Virus record (IMG/VR): IMGVR_UViG_3300048606_000054
DNA: 64,000 nucleotides
Strand: one strand, 5' to 3'
From: a virus
Shown in pieces: positions 17,400 through 26,087 of the stretch. The position numbers were made by a program, and so were the translations under genes. Within the stretch, counting starts at the first letter, position 1, and each line of letters starts with the position of its first letter. The notes beneath the pieces are model-generated. The model saw nothing but the letters and a program-made list of their open reading frames with translations. It was not told the origin of the DNA and ran no database searches.

Positions 17400-17501
17400 A
17401 TGAAATTATGGGTAATATGGGGAAGCGCCTGCATTGTTGTTTCAATAATACTATCCTTGTTTTTTAGGCGTAATAAATTAACCAAATTTGAAAAGGAATG
17501 A
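17400..17501 (+). CDS. 33-aa single-TM peptide (not in ORF track)
   Basis: MKLWVIWGSACIVVSIILSLFFRRNKLTKFEKE; preceded by the 18-nt motif; TGA overlaps next ATG. Confidence 0.55.
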   Translation: MKLWVIWGSACIVVSIILSLFFRRNKLTKFEKE

Positions 17502-17683
17502 TCTGCGAAGAATTTGAAAAACTAACTCCAAAAGAGAAGACAGAATTTATTGGAAAGGTGGTTCATGCAATCCAGTCATCTACCAAATTATACCTGATGG
17601 GGAAGGAGATTATAGGATTGGGAGAAATACAAGGATTATTTGAAGGCGTTAAGATACTTCCTAGAGATACTAAAGATGTTTAA
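17498..17683 (+). CDS. Hypothetical protein
   Basis: ATGA coupling; last gene before terminator. Confidence 0.55.
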   Translation: MICEEFEKLTPKEKTEFIGKVVHAIQSSTKLYLMGKEIIGLGEIQGLFEGVKILPRDTKDV

Positions 17684-17724
17684 TCCGTATACCAGTTGTT
17701 CATAACAATGGTGATTTAAAGAGG

Positions 17725-17752
17725 AAGTCCCGGTTAGTGCCGGGACTTTTTT
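17725..17752 (+). terminator. Intrinsic terminator at the convergence of early and lysis blocks
   Basis: AAGTCCCGG-TTAGTG-CCGGGACTT-TTTT. Confidence 0.8.
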
Positions 17753-17804
17753 AGCCAACAAAAAAGGATGACAAAAATTAATCCCAGATTAAAAAATCGA
17801 GATT

Positions 17805-18419
17805 TCAAAGACTTGTTGTATTTAATTCTGTTCGATTTTGATCTACATCTCCTTTAATTCCCTTTACCTTTCCCTTTGCGCTATACTGCCATATTTTGTA
17901 TTTACTCCATCCATTGGGAAGTTTTGGTGTAGCCTTGTTTACATAAGCTGCAAGCCAGAGAGATGTGGTGCCTAAATCATGATCCTTTGGAAGATTGGAA
18001 TTTAAGAACGGGGTATAGCTATACAACATATAATTGTTGTGCTCTAGCGCCACCAACTGAGCAAAGAAAGTTTTAATCCATATCAATACTTCTTTGGGGG
18101 ATAAATTAGCTTTGTTATCCTCAATATCTAACACCAATGGGAGTGTAGTTTCTGGACATTTTTGAATAGTAGATACAAAAAATGTCGCTTCCGCTCTAGC
18201 GTCTTCAATTATATTATGAGTATTTAAACTGGCATAATGATAATATCCAACTGGAATACCAACTGCCTTTGCTTCAACTGAATTATATTTTAATACAGAA
18301 TCAACATACCCAACTCCCTGGCTTGCCTTCATAAAAATGAAATCAAGTTTTGGTGTATTCTTTACTACTTCTGTCCAATATATTAATCCATTATGATGTG
18401 AAATATCGACTCCGTACAT
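17805..18419 (-). CDS. Endolysin, GH25 muramidase
   Basis: GVDISHHNG...FMKASQG...GYYHY...LVLDIED...LWLAAY...WQYS. Confidence 0.9.
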   Translation of the reverse strand: MYGVDISHHNGLIYWTEVVKNTPKLDFIFMKASQGVGYVDSVLKYNSVEAKAVGIPVGYYHYASLNTHNIIEDARAEATFFVSTIQKCPETTLPLVLDIEDNKANLSPKEVLIWIKTFFAQLVALEHNNYMLYSYTPFLNSNLPKDHDLGTTSLWLAAYVNKATPKLPNGWSKYKIWQYSAKGKVKGIKGDVDQNRTELNTTSL

Positions 18420-18432
18420 ACATTTAAGTTAT

Positions 18433-18696
18433 TTAAAGTTCTATGTCATCATCAGAAGCCGCCTGTTCTATGGTTTCTAGAACCATATCAATAAGGCCAT
18501 CATCAATCTTGCTTTTTGTCTTAACCGCAACTTCTTTTAGCAATGTAAAAGAGGAGTGTATGCTCTTAAGAGTGCTGGTATACATCTCTATAGTATTATG
18601 TTCTTTTATCTTTGACAGAATTTCCGACAATTCGGCTTGTCCTACTGCCTTGATAGCTGGCAAAAATGTGCTTACTAAGATTTCTTTTAGATTCAT
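18433..18696 (-). CDS. Lysis-region hypothetical protein
   Basis: Between holin and endolysin; TKSKIDD pattern. Confidence 0.5.
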   Translation of the reverse strand: MNLKEILVSTFLPAIKAVGQAELSEILSKIKEHNTIEMYTSTLKSIHSSFTLLKEVAVKTKSKIDDGLIDMVLETIEQAASDDDIEL

Positions 18697-18729
18697 AATT
18701 GTTGATTTTATTGTTAATAATCTCTCTAT

Positions 18730-19038
18730 TTATTTGGCATCTGAAAGTGTGCCGGTTGACGTATCCTGTATCTTTACTTCAACATCTCCTTCTTTTACGG
18801 CCTTTACTATTTCAGAATTGGTAATTACCACCTCGGATGGAGAAAGGAAATTCTTCAAAATGTACCCCAATCCTCCTCCCGCCGCGCTAATCCAAATAAG
18901 ATTCCAATTGAAGGTCAAAGAACCTTGATTTATAGAATTTAACATTGTCGTAAAAATTGGCGTTAGGACAGCAACTACGAGTCCTTTTATTGCATCTCTC
19001 CAATTAAGAGTAAACTGTGATGAGGTTGTTTGTGCCAT
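18730..19038 (-). CDS. Putative holin
   Basis: FTLNWRDAIKGLVVAVL...FNWNLIWISAAGGGLGYILKNFL two-TM pattern next to endolysin. Confidence 0.65.
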   Translation of the reverse strand: MAQTTSSQFTLNWRDAIKGLVVAVLTPIFTTMLNSINQGSLTFNWNLIWISAAGGGLGYILKNFLSPSEVVITNSEIVKAVKEGDVEVKIQDTSTGTLSDAK

Positions 19039-19048
19039 TGTATTGGTT

Positions 19049-19369
19049 TTATTTTTTAGTATACAAAAGAATTATTGATATAGCCGTTAGTACCCACGGC
19101 ACAAATTTTAAAAGATCGCTTTTGCCCTCCTGCTTTATCTTGTAATCAGTTAGTATTTTGATTTCTTTTCTTAACTCATCTACTACCCTGTCAAATACTT
19201 CTCTAGGTATATACTGTTCTTGAATGCCACGCAATCTCGCTGCTTCCCCATTCAAATCTTTCAACCTTCTTTTATACTCCTTCGCTTGAAGTTTCAAGGC
19301 ACGACTTAACGCTTTAAGTTTATTATTGAAGTATTTCCTTATCGTTTCTATAGTCCATCCTTTGGTCAT
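19049..19369 (-). CDS. Coiled-coil protein with C-terminal TM anchor (lysis-associated)
   Basis: Heptad-rich body, FVPWVLTAISIILLY C-terminus. Confidence 0.55.
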   Translation of the reverse strand: MTKGWTIETIRKYFNNKLKALSRALKLQAKEYKRRLKDLNGEAARLRGIQEQYIPREVFDRVVDELRKEIKILTDYKIKQEGKSDLLKFVPWVLTAISIILLYTKK

Positions 19370-19373
19370 TTAT

Positions 19374-21743
19374 TTAATTTACACAGAAAGTAGTATTGTT
19401 TTCGTCTGTATACCCTGGAGGCAAAAACCAGTATACTTTTTTCCAGTCAACGGGTATTGGCTTATTTAAACAAAACTTGTTATTAGACAGTATAATTGGA
19501 TCGGAATTATTATTAGCATCCCCTCTTAGAGCGCCAAGTTTTTTTGGAAAGTTTATCTGATTGCCGTTGAAGTCAAGCCCTTGTTTTGGATTAATTTCTA
19601 CAGTGTTGACATAAGCCTTCCAATATATACTCTCTTCCCCATTTACATTTTTAACTGTGTTTCCTACATTCGTAATTGTATTATTATAACACTCCATCAC
19701 TCCATAGCCAAAAAACTGTATACCATTACCTGTCCCATTAGTTACTGTATTGTTATATACATTACTGTTGGTATTTCCTCCGCTGATTATACCAGCTCTT
19801 TGACCATCAATGTCGGCTATGCCAAAATTTGTTACTTTGTTATTGAAGATAAGACCGCCATTACGGGCGTTTGACAACTGTATTCCGTCCCAACCTGTAT
19901 TTATAACAATGCAATTGGAGATAGTCACACTGTCCTGCCTCTGCGGAACCAGACCTCCGTGGGATGGATCACCTCCGGGGTATGTATGGCCTATGTACAT
20001 GCCCTCGCCAGCCACATCGTGGACATAACAATTATTGATGGTTATCTTGGTGGATACATAATTCGGGTACTGCGTCCACGGTTGTCCTTCTATTGGGTCT
20101 TGCTTGCCATATATGCCCACCCCGCCCGCGCTTGTGCCATCTGGCAGGTTTGGCCCCGCCTCGATCCATTCCATCGTGAAATGATTAGCCCTGTTGAATC
20201 CAAAGTTTTTACATCTGAATCCGTAGGCCAATCCACCGAATCCATTGCCAAGGATTTTTACATGATGTACGTCCTTCTGCAACCTGATTGGCCCGGTTAC
20301 ATTTACCAGACCACCGGAGTTTATAATTACAATATCGCGACATGGATCACCTCCAAAGCTATCTATTTCAATAACAGAATAATCGCCAGCGGGAATCTTT
20401 AGCGTATCTCCTCCTTTCCACCCTTTCGCGCTAGCGTCCAGAATATAAATCTCACCAGGCTTTGTCGGTTCTACTATATAAGAAACTGACTTGTTTGGAT
20501 TGCAAGCTGGATTGGGAGCGGGAGTCGTTTTAAGCGATTGCCTCGCCATCCATTGGTAAAGGTTCTGACTAATGCCACCTAAAGAAAAGTTGACGGGTTG
20601 AACTCCCTTGCCCCCATAGAACTGTTCCCAGCAGCAATGTGAGCCATCACTGAAATTGGTTTGTACATATATGGCGGAGTTGGGAACTATGGAATTCATG
20701 AAATTCACCCTGGTGGGCATGCCCCTATTATCCAATCGCTGTTCAAATCCGAGTAGCTTTCCGCCTGATTTGGCGAAATTGGCGAACAGTCCTGGGTATG
20801 GCGAATTATCGTCGGGTACAACTCCCTGCACTTCCACAACCGCGGCTATCTGTGAGGCGTATGTATAAGGGCCGCCTAAAGGATCGCCAGTAACGAAGGT
20901 CGTGGCGCACCAGCCGCCATGAGATAATCCAGTCAGATACAATCTCTTTGGATCAACCCGGTATAATGATTTAATCGTTTGTATTCTTTGATTAATAATA
21001 TTTTCAGTTGGGTACGCCGCTGGAGGCTGTAGGCTGATGATAATAAACTCAACCGTGGCTCCATCAACTGATACGTTCCCATTCCATCCTTGGGTTATAT
21101 ATGCGCCGGGGCCGTTGGCGATAACTGCCGGGGCGTTCGTTCCTATTTCGCCTGTTCCGGGGAAAAAGATAATCGTTGGATAAGTCGCCGTTGAACCGTT
21201 GTAGCTCGCCGGCAAATGCACATAAGCGTTCCAGCCGCCGATTTGAGTTAGTGTTTGTCCTGTTGAGGTTGTAGCGGCCCCTACGGTAATATTAACATCG
21301 TCATACCCGGTCGCGCCCTTGTCATCGGTTACCGTTAATCTGAAACCATATGTGCCCTGCACAAGATTTGATACTCCTGTAATGGCGCTGAATTGATTGG
21401 TGAAACTGAGGGTGGTTGGCCCCGATACCCTCGACCACGAATAACCTGTAACCGTTCCGTCAGAATCAGTCCCGGAGCCGATAAGGGTTACAGCATTGGT
21501 TGGGAGTTTTATCGACTGATCACCTCCGGCCTTTGATACAGGTGGTTTGTTTGGAACAGGGGGCTTGTATTTTCTTACTGATTGTTCAAGAAAGCTGGAT
21601 GTTATAGTCTGCTTTACAGTTACAATTGACTGGATTAAAGTGTCTAGGTTTGCCAATGGAAGCACCTGCGTTGTTCGGGAAGTATCCTGAGAAAAGCAGG
21701 TTGCTGAAAATAGTAAGAATAGTATAATTATTAGTTTTTGCAT
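19374..21743 (-). CDS. Secreted PKD + alpha/beta-hydrolase + right-handed beta-helix protein (789 aa from ATG 21743)
   Basis: MQKLIIILFLLFSATCFS|Q; PKD (NKPPVSKAGGDQSIKLP...GTYGFRLTVTDDKGATGYDDVNITV); GLSHGG nucleophile elbow; parallel beta-helix repeats (ISNCIVINTGWDGIQLS). Confidence 0.8.
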   Translation of the reverse strand: MQKLIIILFLLFSATCFSQDTSRTTQVLPLANLDTLIQSIVTVKQTITSSFLEQSVRKYKPPVPNKPPVSKAGGDQSIKLPTNAVTLIGSGTDSDGTVTGYSWSRVSGPTTLSFTNQFSAITGVSNLVQGTYGFRLTVTDDKGATGYDDVNITVGAATTSTGQTLTQIGGWNAYVHLPASYNGSTATYPTIIFFPGTGEIGTNAPAVIANGPGAYITQGWNGNVSVDGATVEFIIISLQPPAAYPTENIINQRIQTIKSLYRVDPKRLYLTGLSHGGWCATTFVTGDPLGGPYTYASQIAAVVEVQGVVPDDNSPYPGLFANFAKSGGKLLGFEQRLDNRGMPTRVNFMNSIVPNSAIYVQTNFSDGSHCCWEQFYGGKGVQPVNFSLGGISQNLYQWMARQSLKTTPAPNPACNPNKSVSYIVEPTKPGEIYILDASAKGWKGGDTLKIPAGDYSVIEIDSFGGDPCRDIVIINSGGLVNVTGPIRLQKDVHHVKILGNGFGGLAYGFRCKNFGFNRANHFTMEWIEAGPNLPDGTSAGGVGIYGKQDPIEGQPWTQYPNYVSTKITINNCYVHDVAGEGMYIGHTYPGGDPSHGGLVPQRQDSVTISNCIVINTGWDGIQLSNARNGGLIFNNKVTNFGIADIDGQRAGIISGGNTNSNVYNNTVTNGTGNGIQFFGYGVMECYNNTITNVGNTVKNVNGEESIYWKAYVNTVEINPKQGLDFNGNQINFPKKLGALRGDANNNSDPIILSNNKFCLNKPIPVDWKKVYWFLPPGYTDENNTTFCVN

Positions 21744-21765
21744 TGAATATTTAATTATTAGTTTT

Positions 21766-24603
21766 TTAATAAACGATTGCGCTGACCCTAAAGGTTCCAC
21801 TTGCTGGATTAATATTACCTGCTGCCTGACTATTTAAAAATCTTACCGTAACCGTGTTAGCTGATGAAACCCAGGCACTATAGGAGCTATTGGCGGCCGT
21901 ACTTGCATTTGGAACACCTACAGATACGGATTCGCCTCCGGATAATCCCGTTACCGTAATAGTTAGATCACTAGATGTATTTGGCGAGGTGTCGGGAAAA
22001 TCCAGTGTCGCCGTGTTGGTAAGTGTTTTAGCGAATGTGTACCTGGTTGTAGAGGCTGTTCCAAAATAATTAGTTCCATCGAATTCCATAGCCCCCGCTT
22101 CTGGAGTTGTCATATTGGTTCCAGAAGTAAATTTTATTGGAGCCGACACGGCGGCGGTTGTTCCAGCGGGAAGAGTCAATCTTCCGGCAGCTACCGTTGT
22201 GGTTCCTATAATCAGACTGCCCGCGCTGGTTGCCCGGAAAGCCTGAGTTCCTGATATGTTAACTCCTACAAGATCGTTTGATAACGCGCCCAAATAGAAG
22301 CCGGTTCCAGCGGGAGTGGAGCTGTTTGAAAGTAGAAGAGTAGCGCCAGCCGAGTTATTGGAAACGATGATAGTCCGTGTATCCGCGTTTCCAGCGCCCA
22401 AGATAACATTGAACACGGATAGCGCCGCCTGTACGCCTGTATAGCTGCTCGCGACTCTCAATGAACCTGTCGGAATGTTAACAGCTATATTATCCGTAGT
22501 GGCTCCTGAAGCGGAGAAGGAGGCCCCTATATTTGTTCCAGAAGTGGCGTTTGTATTTGTTGTCGCCACATCCAGACCCGTCGCTGTAACGCCGTTGGTT
22601 GCATTTGCTCCGCTTACCCTGATTTCAAGGGCTTTGTTTCCCGCCGCGAGAGCGGTTGATGTAGTATTAAGCGAAAGCAGGTTTCCCGTAGTAAGCGAAC
22701 TGCTGTTCCATTTAAAGGACGTTCCCGTGGTAAGTGAATTATTGTCTATGGTGTGAAATGTTTCCGTATTGCTTCCATTCGTCCACGCGTTTAGTTCCGC
22801 GTCATCCCATGATAATGTCTGGGTGCCTGTAGGATTGGTAATTGAATTCCAAGACGCGCCTCCACCACCTCCGGCGAACGCCCACGCGGTTTTAAATACA
22901 TCCCCGTTTGAATTAATTCCTAAAATCTTAATTCCGGAAGTATCAACTGGAGCGGTAGCGATATTTTTAATCGTTACAGTATCGGTAAAAAGACTTGAAC
23001 CATTAACCATGAATTTTTTATATAGCCGATATTGGTTCATTCCCACGGCATGGTTTACTACCATATTACCGTTTCTCCACCACCTTGTCATATTGGCGTG
23101 ATTCGCGCCCGTTTCTATTTGAACAAAAAAACCAGTTCCATTATTATCATAGACTCCTGAGCTATAACCCTCGCTTCTAATATACGCGCCCCTGCTATCC
23201 CTGCTTGTGGGCATATAAGCCCCATACAGTGCCGTGTACGCGCTGTCTTGCGAACTAATGGTCATGACTCCCTCATCGAATATAGACTTTGGCATTTCAA
23301 CGGCAAGACTAAGAGCGGCGGCTATGTTCGCGTGCAACGAATCGGTATACCAACCCTTACCGGTTACATAGGTTCTATATCGTAGACCTTGTGTATTATT
23401 TTGACGCGTAGGTGTGGTACTTGGGCCGAAATAAGCGAATCCTTTATTTACAAGTATATCCGTATCGCCAGCCGCGTAAAATGAATACCCGTTGTCAACC
23501 GTGTTTGTATACCTATATTGAGGGTCTACGTACAATCCGTATCCATTTTTTACAGTAGCTACTAATAATGTCTTCGCCTTGGTAGCGCCACTGATAAGTG
23601 GATACCCATCGCCATAAACCCGTAAGCCAAACATATTTTCCCAGTAATTACCTGCCTCATAGGTCGCCATGTTGATGGCGGTCTGGTAACTTTTATACAT
23701 GGTCGTAAACCCGCTAATTCCAGCGCCAACAATCTTTTTCCTTCTGGTATTGTCGATAACTCTCATAAGGTCAATACTTGTACGGGCGGCGCTTATTGGG
23801 AATAAGGGCAATGATGTTTCTGGAACAATATTCATATTATATCCCCAACTATCCCCAATGTCCAATTGACCAAAAATTACATTCCCACTCTGGCCGTCTC
23901 TTCCCACTTTTAAAACCATGCTATCTCTTGGAGGAAAATATTGATAAACAAATTCTCCCCCTTGTCCGGCAAGTAGTTCATTTCTGGCCCCCGCTTTAAA
24001 GATCGTGGAGTTTGAATCCCTTGAAATCCTGGTAATAGTCGATAGAGCGCCCCCATAAAATACAGAATCTATATCTCCATTAGCTTCCGAGTAAACCCTT
24101 TGAAGACCTAGCGTAGCGGGGTTATAAGTAAGAAGATATGGATACTTTGGCAGTATGCCGTTCAATGATTGAGCTTCTGGTAGGTTTCCTAAAATTAAAG
24201 CGTTATACCTACTTCCATTCTTTAAGTGACTTAATACTTGAATATATGTCAACCTATTCATGCTATCTCCTAAAATTGTTGTATCTCCTGACATGGCAAT
24301 GCCATTGGCTACCAACGATGGGCCTACTCCTATTCGAAGCCACGCCGTAGCGGCCTGGTTCCTCATCCACAACACATTCCCTGTCCTTATGGTTATGCCA
24401 GGTATATTTTTTATAAATGAAATATTCGCTGTAACGGTATCTTGAAAATTTGTTCTATATATAAATCCGCTGTCACTCCCCAGTCCTCCTTTGGAATATA
24501 CCTGAGTAGTGGAGGAGCCTAAAGATTGTTGCAAGGGGAATTGGCCGTATGAATAAATCGAACAAGCCCAAAAAAATAATATTGTGAACAGTTTTTTCAT
24601 CAA
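21766..24603 (-). CDS. Tail-fibre/spike-like protein carrying an N-terminal Sec signal peptide
   Basis: MKKLFTILFFWACSIYSYG|Q; G/S/T/N-rich fibre body; C-terminal ATLDFPDT...LTITVTG...WVSSANTVTVRF...NPASGTFRV module typical of phage fibre tips. Confidence 0.7.
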   Translation of the reverse strand: MMKKLFTILFFWACSIYSYGQFPLQQSLGSSTTQVYSKGGLGSDSGFIYRTNFQDTVTANISFIKNIPGITIRTGNVLWMRNQAATAWLRIGVGPSLVANGIAMSGDTTILGDSMNRLTYIQVLSHLKNGSRYNALILGNLPEAQSLNGILPKYPYLLTYNPATLGLQRVYSEANGDIDSVFYGGALSTITRISRDSNSTIFKAGARNELLAGQGGEFVYQYFPPRDSMVLKVGRDGQSGNVIFGQLDIGDSWGYNMNIVPETSLPLFPISAARTSIDLMRVIDNTRRKKIVGAGISGFTTMYKSYQTAINMATYEAGNYWENMFGLRVYGDGYPLISGATKAKTLLVATVKNGYGLYVDPQYRYTNTVDNGYSFYAAGDTDILVNKGFAYFGPSTTPTRQNNTQGLRYRTYVTGKGWYTDSLHANIAAALSLAVEMPKSIFDEGVMTISSQDSAYTALYGAYMPTSRDSRGAYIRSEGYSSGVYDNNGTGFFVQIETGANHANMTRWWRNGNMVVNHAVGMNQYRLYKKFMVNGSSLFTDTVTIKNIATAPVDTSGIKILGINSNGDVFKTAWAFAGGGGGASWNSITNPTGTQTLSWDDAELNAWTNGSNTETFHTIDNNSLTTGTSFKWNSSSLTTGNLLSLNTTSTALAAGNKALEIRVSGANATNGVTATGLDVATTNTNATSGTNIGASFSASGATTDNIAVNIPTGSLRVASSYTGVQAALSVFNVILGAGNADTRTIIVSNNSAGATLLLSNSSTPAGTGFYLGALSNDLVGVNISGTQAFRATSAGSLIIGTTTVAAGRLTLPAGTTAAVSAPIKFTSGTNMTTPEAGAMEFDGTNYFGTASTTRYTFAKTLTNTATLDFPDTSPNTSSDLTITVTGLSGGESVSVGVPNASTAANSSYSAWVSSANTVTVRFLNSQAAGNINPASGTFRVSAIVY

Positions 24604-25307
24604 GGAGTTATTAATATATAAGAAAGTTTGTCGCCTTCATTCCATCCATTGCCGTAATTACTAATAAGCAATGCATCGCTTGGTAATGATTTGGTGATAT
24701 ATGGGCTTCCATCTCCAGCATCCGACATATCTACAATAATGTTTCCAACAAATAAAACTACCCAACTATTGGCAAAAGCTGAAAGAATCCACGCGCTATC
24801 GCCGACATTAGGAGCGCCTGGAGTTGAACCAACTACAAAAGAAAGAGGTTGTTTTTGTATACTTCCAGAACCACCTCCGGAGTTATTTCCCTGCACCCAT
24901 AAATCATTTGAAGCCTTAAATACGTCTACGGCGCTATTAGCCGGTATTTCATCTGAAGTTGCTCCGAGAGGAGTATAATAAACTAATGACCCTAATAGGG
25001 GTATTGGGGAAGCGGTCATATTTACAAAAACGTACTCATTGTAAATATTGTCGTTCCATGTTAATGAAGCTGGGGTTGATCCGGTAAAAAAAACTACCGG
25101 CCTATCTGCCACCACTGCACCACTATCGTTTACAACATCGGCTTTTTCCCAATTAAGTGGAGACTGCTCAATGAATGTCAATAACCCATTCTCCACATTA
25201 TTGTGTAGCTGCCCGGTTATCTCCTCGTTGCCGTTTGGCTTGATGTTAGCATTGATATACGCCAACAGGGATGGAAAATTCGGGAATGTTTGACTGGGCA
25301 AAGGCAT
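24600..25307 (-). CDS. Tail-fibre adaptor/short fibre
   Basis: N-terminal IKPNGNEEITGQLHNNV resembles the fibre-anchor motif of Bacteroidota phages; coupled to the 945-aa gene. Confidence 0.5.
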   Translation of the reverse strand: MPLPSQTFPNFPSLLAYINANIKPNGNEEITGQLHNNVENGLLTFIEQSPLNWEKADVVNDSGAVVADRPVVFFTGSTPASLTWNDNIYNEYVFVNMTASPIPLLGSLVYYTPLGATSDEIPANSAVDVFKASNDLWVQGNNSGGGSGSIQKQPLSFVVGSTPGAPNVGDSAWILSAFANSWVVLFVGNIIVDMSDAGDGSPYITKSLPSDALLISNYGNGWNEGDKLSYILITP

Positions 25308-25310
25308 AAG

Positions 25311-26087
25311 TTATTTAGTCGCCAAAGCAACTTGTTTTTGTTGTGCTGAAATAACTGAAAAAGTCTGATCCTTGGTAAAATTTATATACCACGTCTTCAA
25401 TTGATCCAAAAATTCCGGCCTTACTTGTTCGGGCCATTCCAATGGAGTGCTCGCGTTTTTGTCATACACAATCATATCCCCTGATCCTGTTTGAACATTT
25501 CCGGCAGTAAGCGTATACTTGAAAGTAGCCGGTTTTGGCTCTACATAATAATCAATGACAACCACGCTTACTTTTCGGGGAGCAACGCGGAAATAATCAT
25601 TTATTTGTGTTATCCCAGGTTTTTCAATTGTTGGCCCCTTTGTCAAATGTTCGCAATAGGCGCTCCACCTCTGGTTGTCTACCATCTGAACTTTAACCTC
25701 TTTGATAGTATCGTAATACTCATCTGTAATCTCTTCCTGGTTTTTAAACCCATCACATTTACCGTCATCCACATCTTTCGCTGGAAGTGTCCCAGATGAA
25801 TGAATTATTATTCTCGCGGAAGCGAATCTTCCATAGCTTGTCGGCTTTTTTGCTATGCCGTAATATCCACTCTTGCTATCTACGGCCATGTTTTTTGATT
25901 TCAAAAAAGGAAACAGCTTGTCCTTTGCTTCCTGGCTTTTCTCCGCTTCATTTGTCCACTTATCCCATAGGATAAAACTGATTTCATTTACCGCTCGTAT
26001 GAAATCGGTTTCTGGCCGGAACCACCCGTTTATACTAGTATTTACCTGACTATTAAAATCAAGCCACAATGAATATGGATCAATCAT
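25311..26087 (-). CDS. Tail ring/adaptor protein (crAss-like ring family)
   Basis: 258 aa; helical N-term, beta core with YYVEPKPATF, C-term helix (LEWPEQVRPEFL). Confidence 0.55.
   Translation of the reverse strand: MIDPYSLWLDFNSQVNTSINGWFRPETDFIRAVNEISFILWDKWTNEAEKSQEAKDKLFPFLKSKNMAVDSKSGYYGIAKKPTSYGRFASARIIIHSSGTLPAKDVDDGKCDGFKNQEEITDEYYDTIKEVKVQMVDNQRWSAYCEHLTKGPTIEKPGITQINDYFRVAPRKVSVVVIDYYVEPKPATFKYTLTAGNVQTGSGDMIVYDKNASTPLEWPEQVRPEFLDQLKTWYINFTKDQTFSVISAQQKQVALATK

Noticed and set aside
21744-21800. Track start at 21800 for the PKD-esterase gene
   Set aside because: It overlaps the upstream gene's end and hides the signal peptide; ATG 21743 has an A-rich initiation context and gives a clean signal sequence
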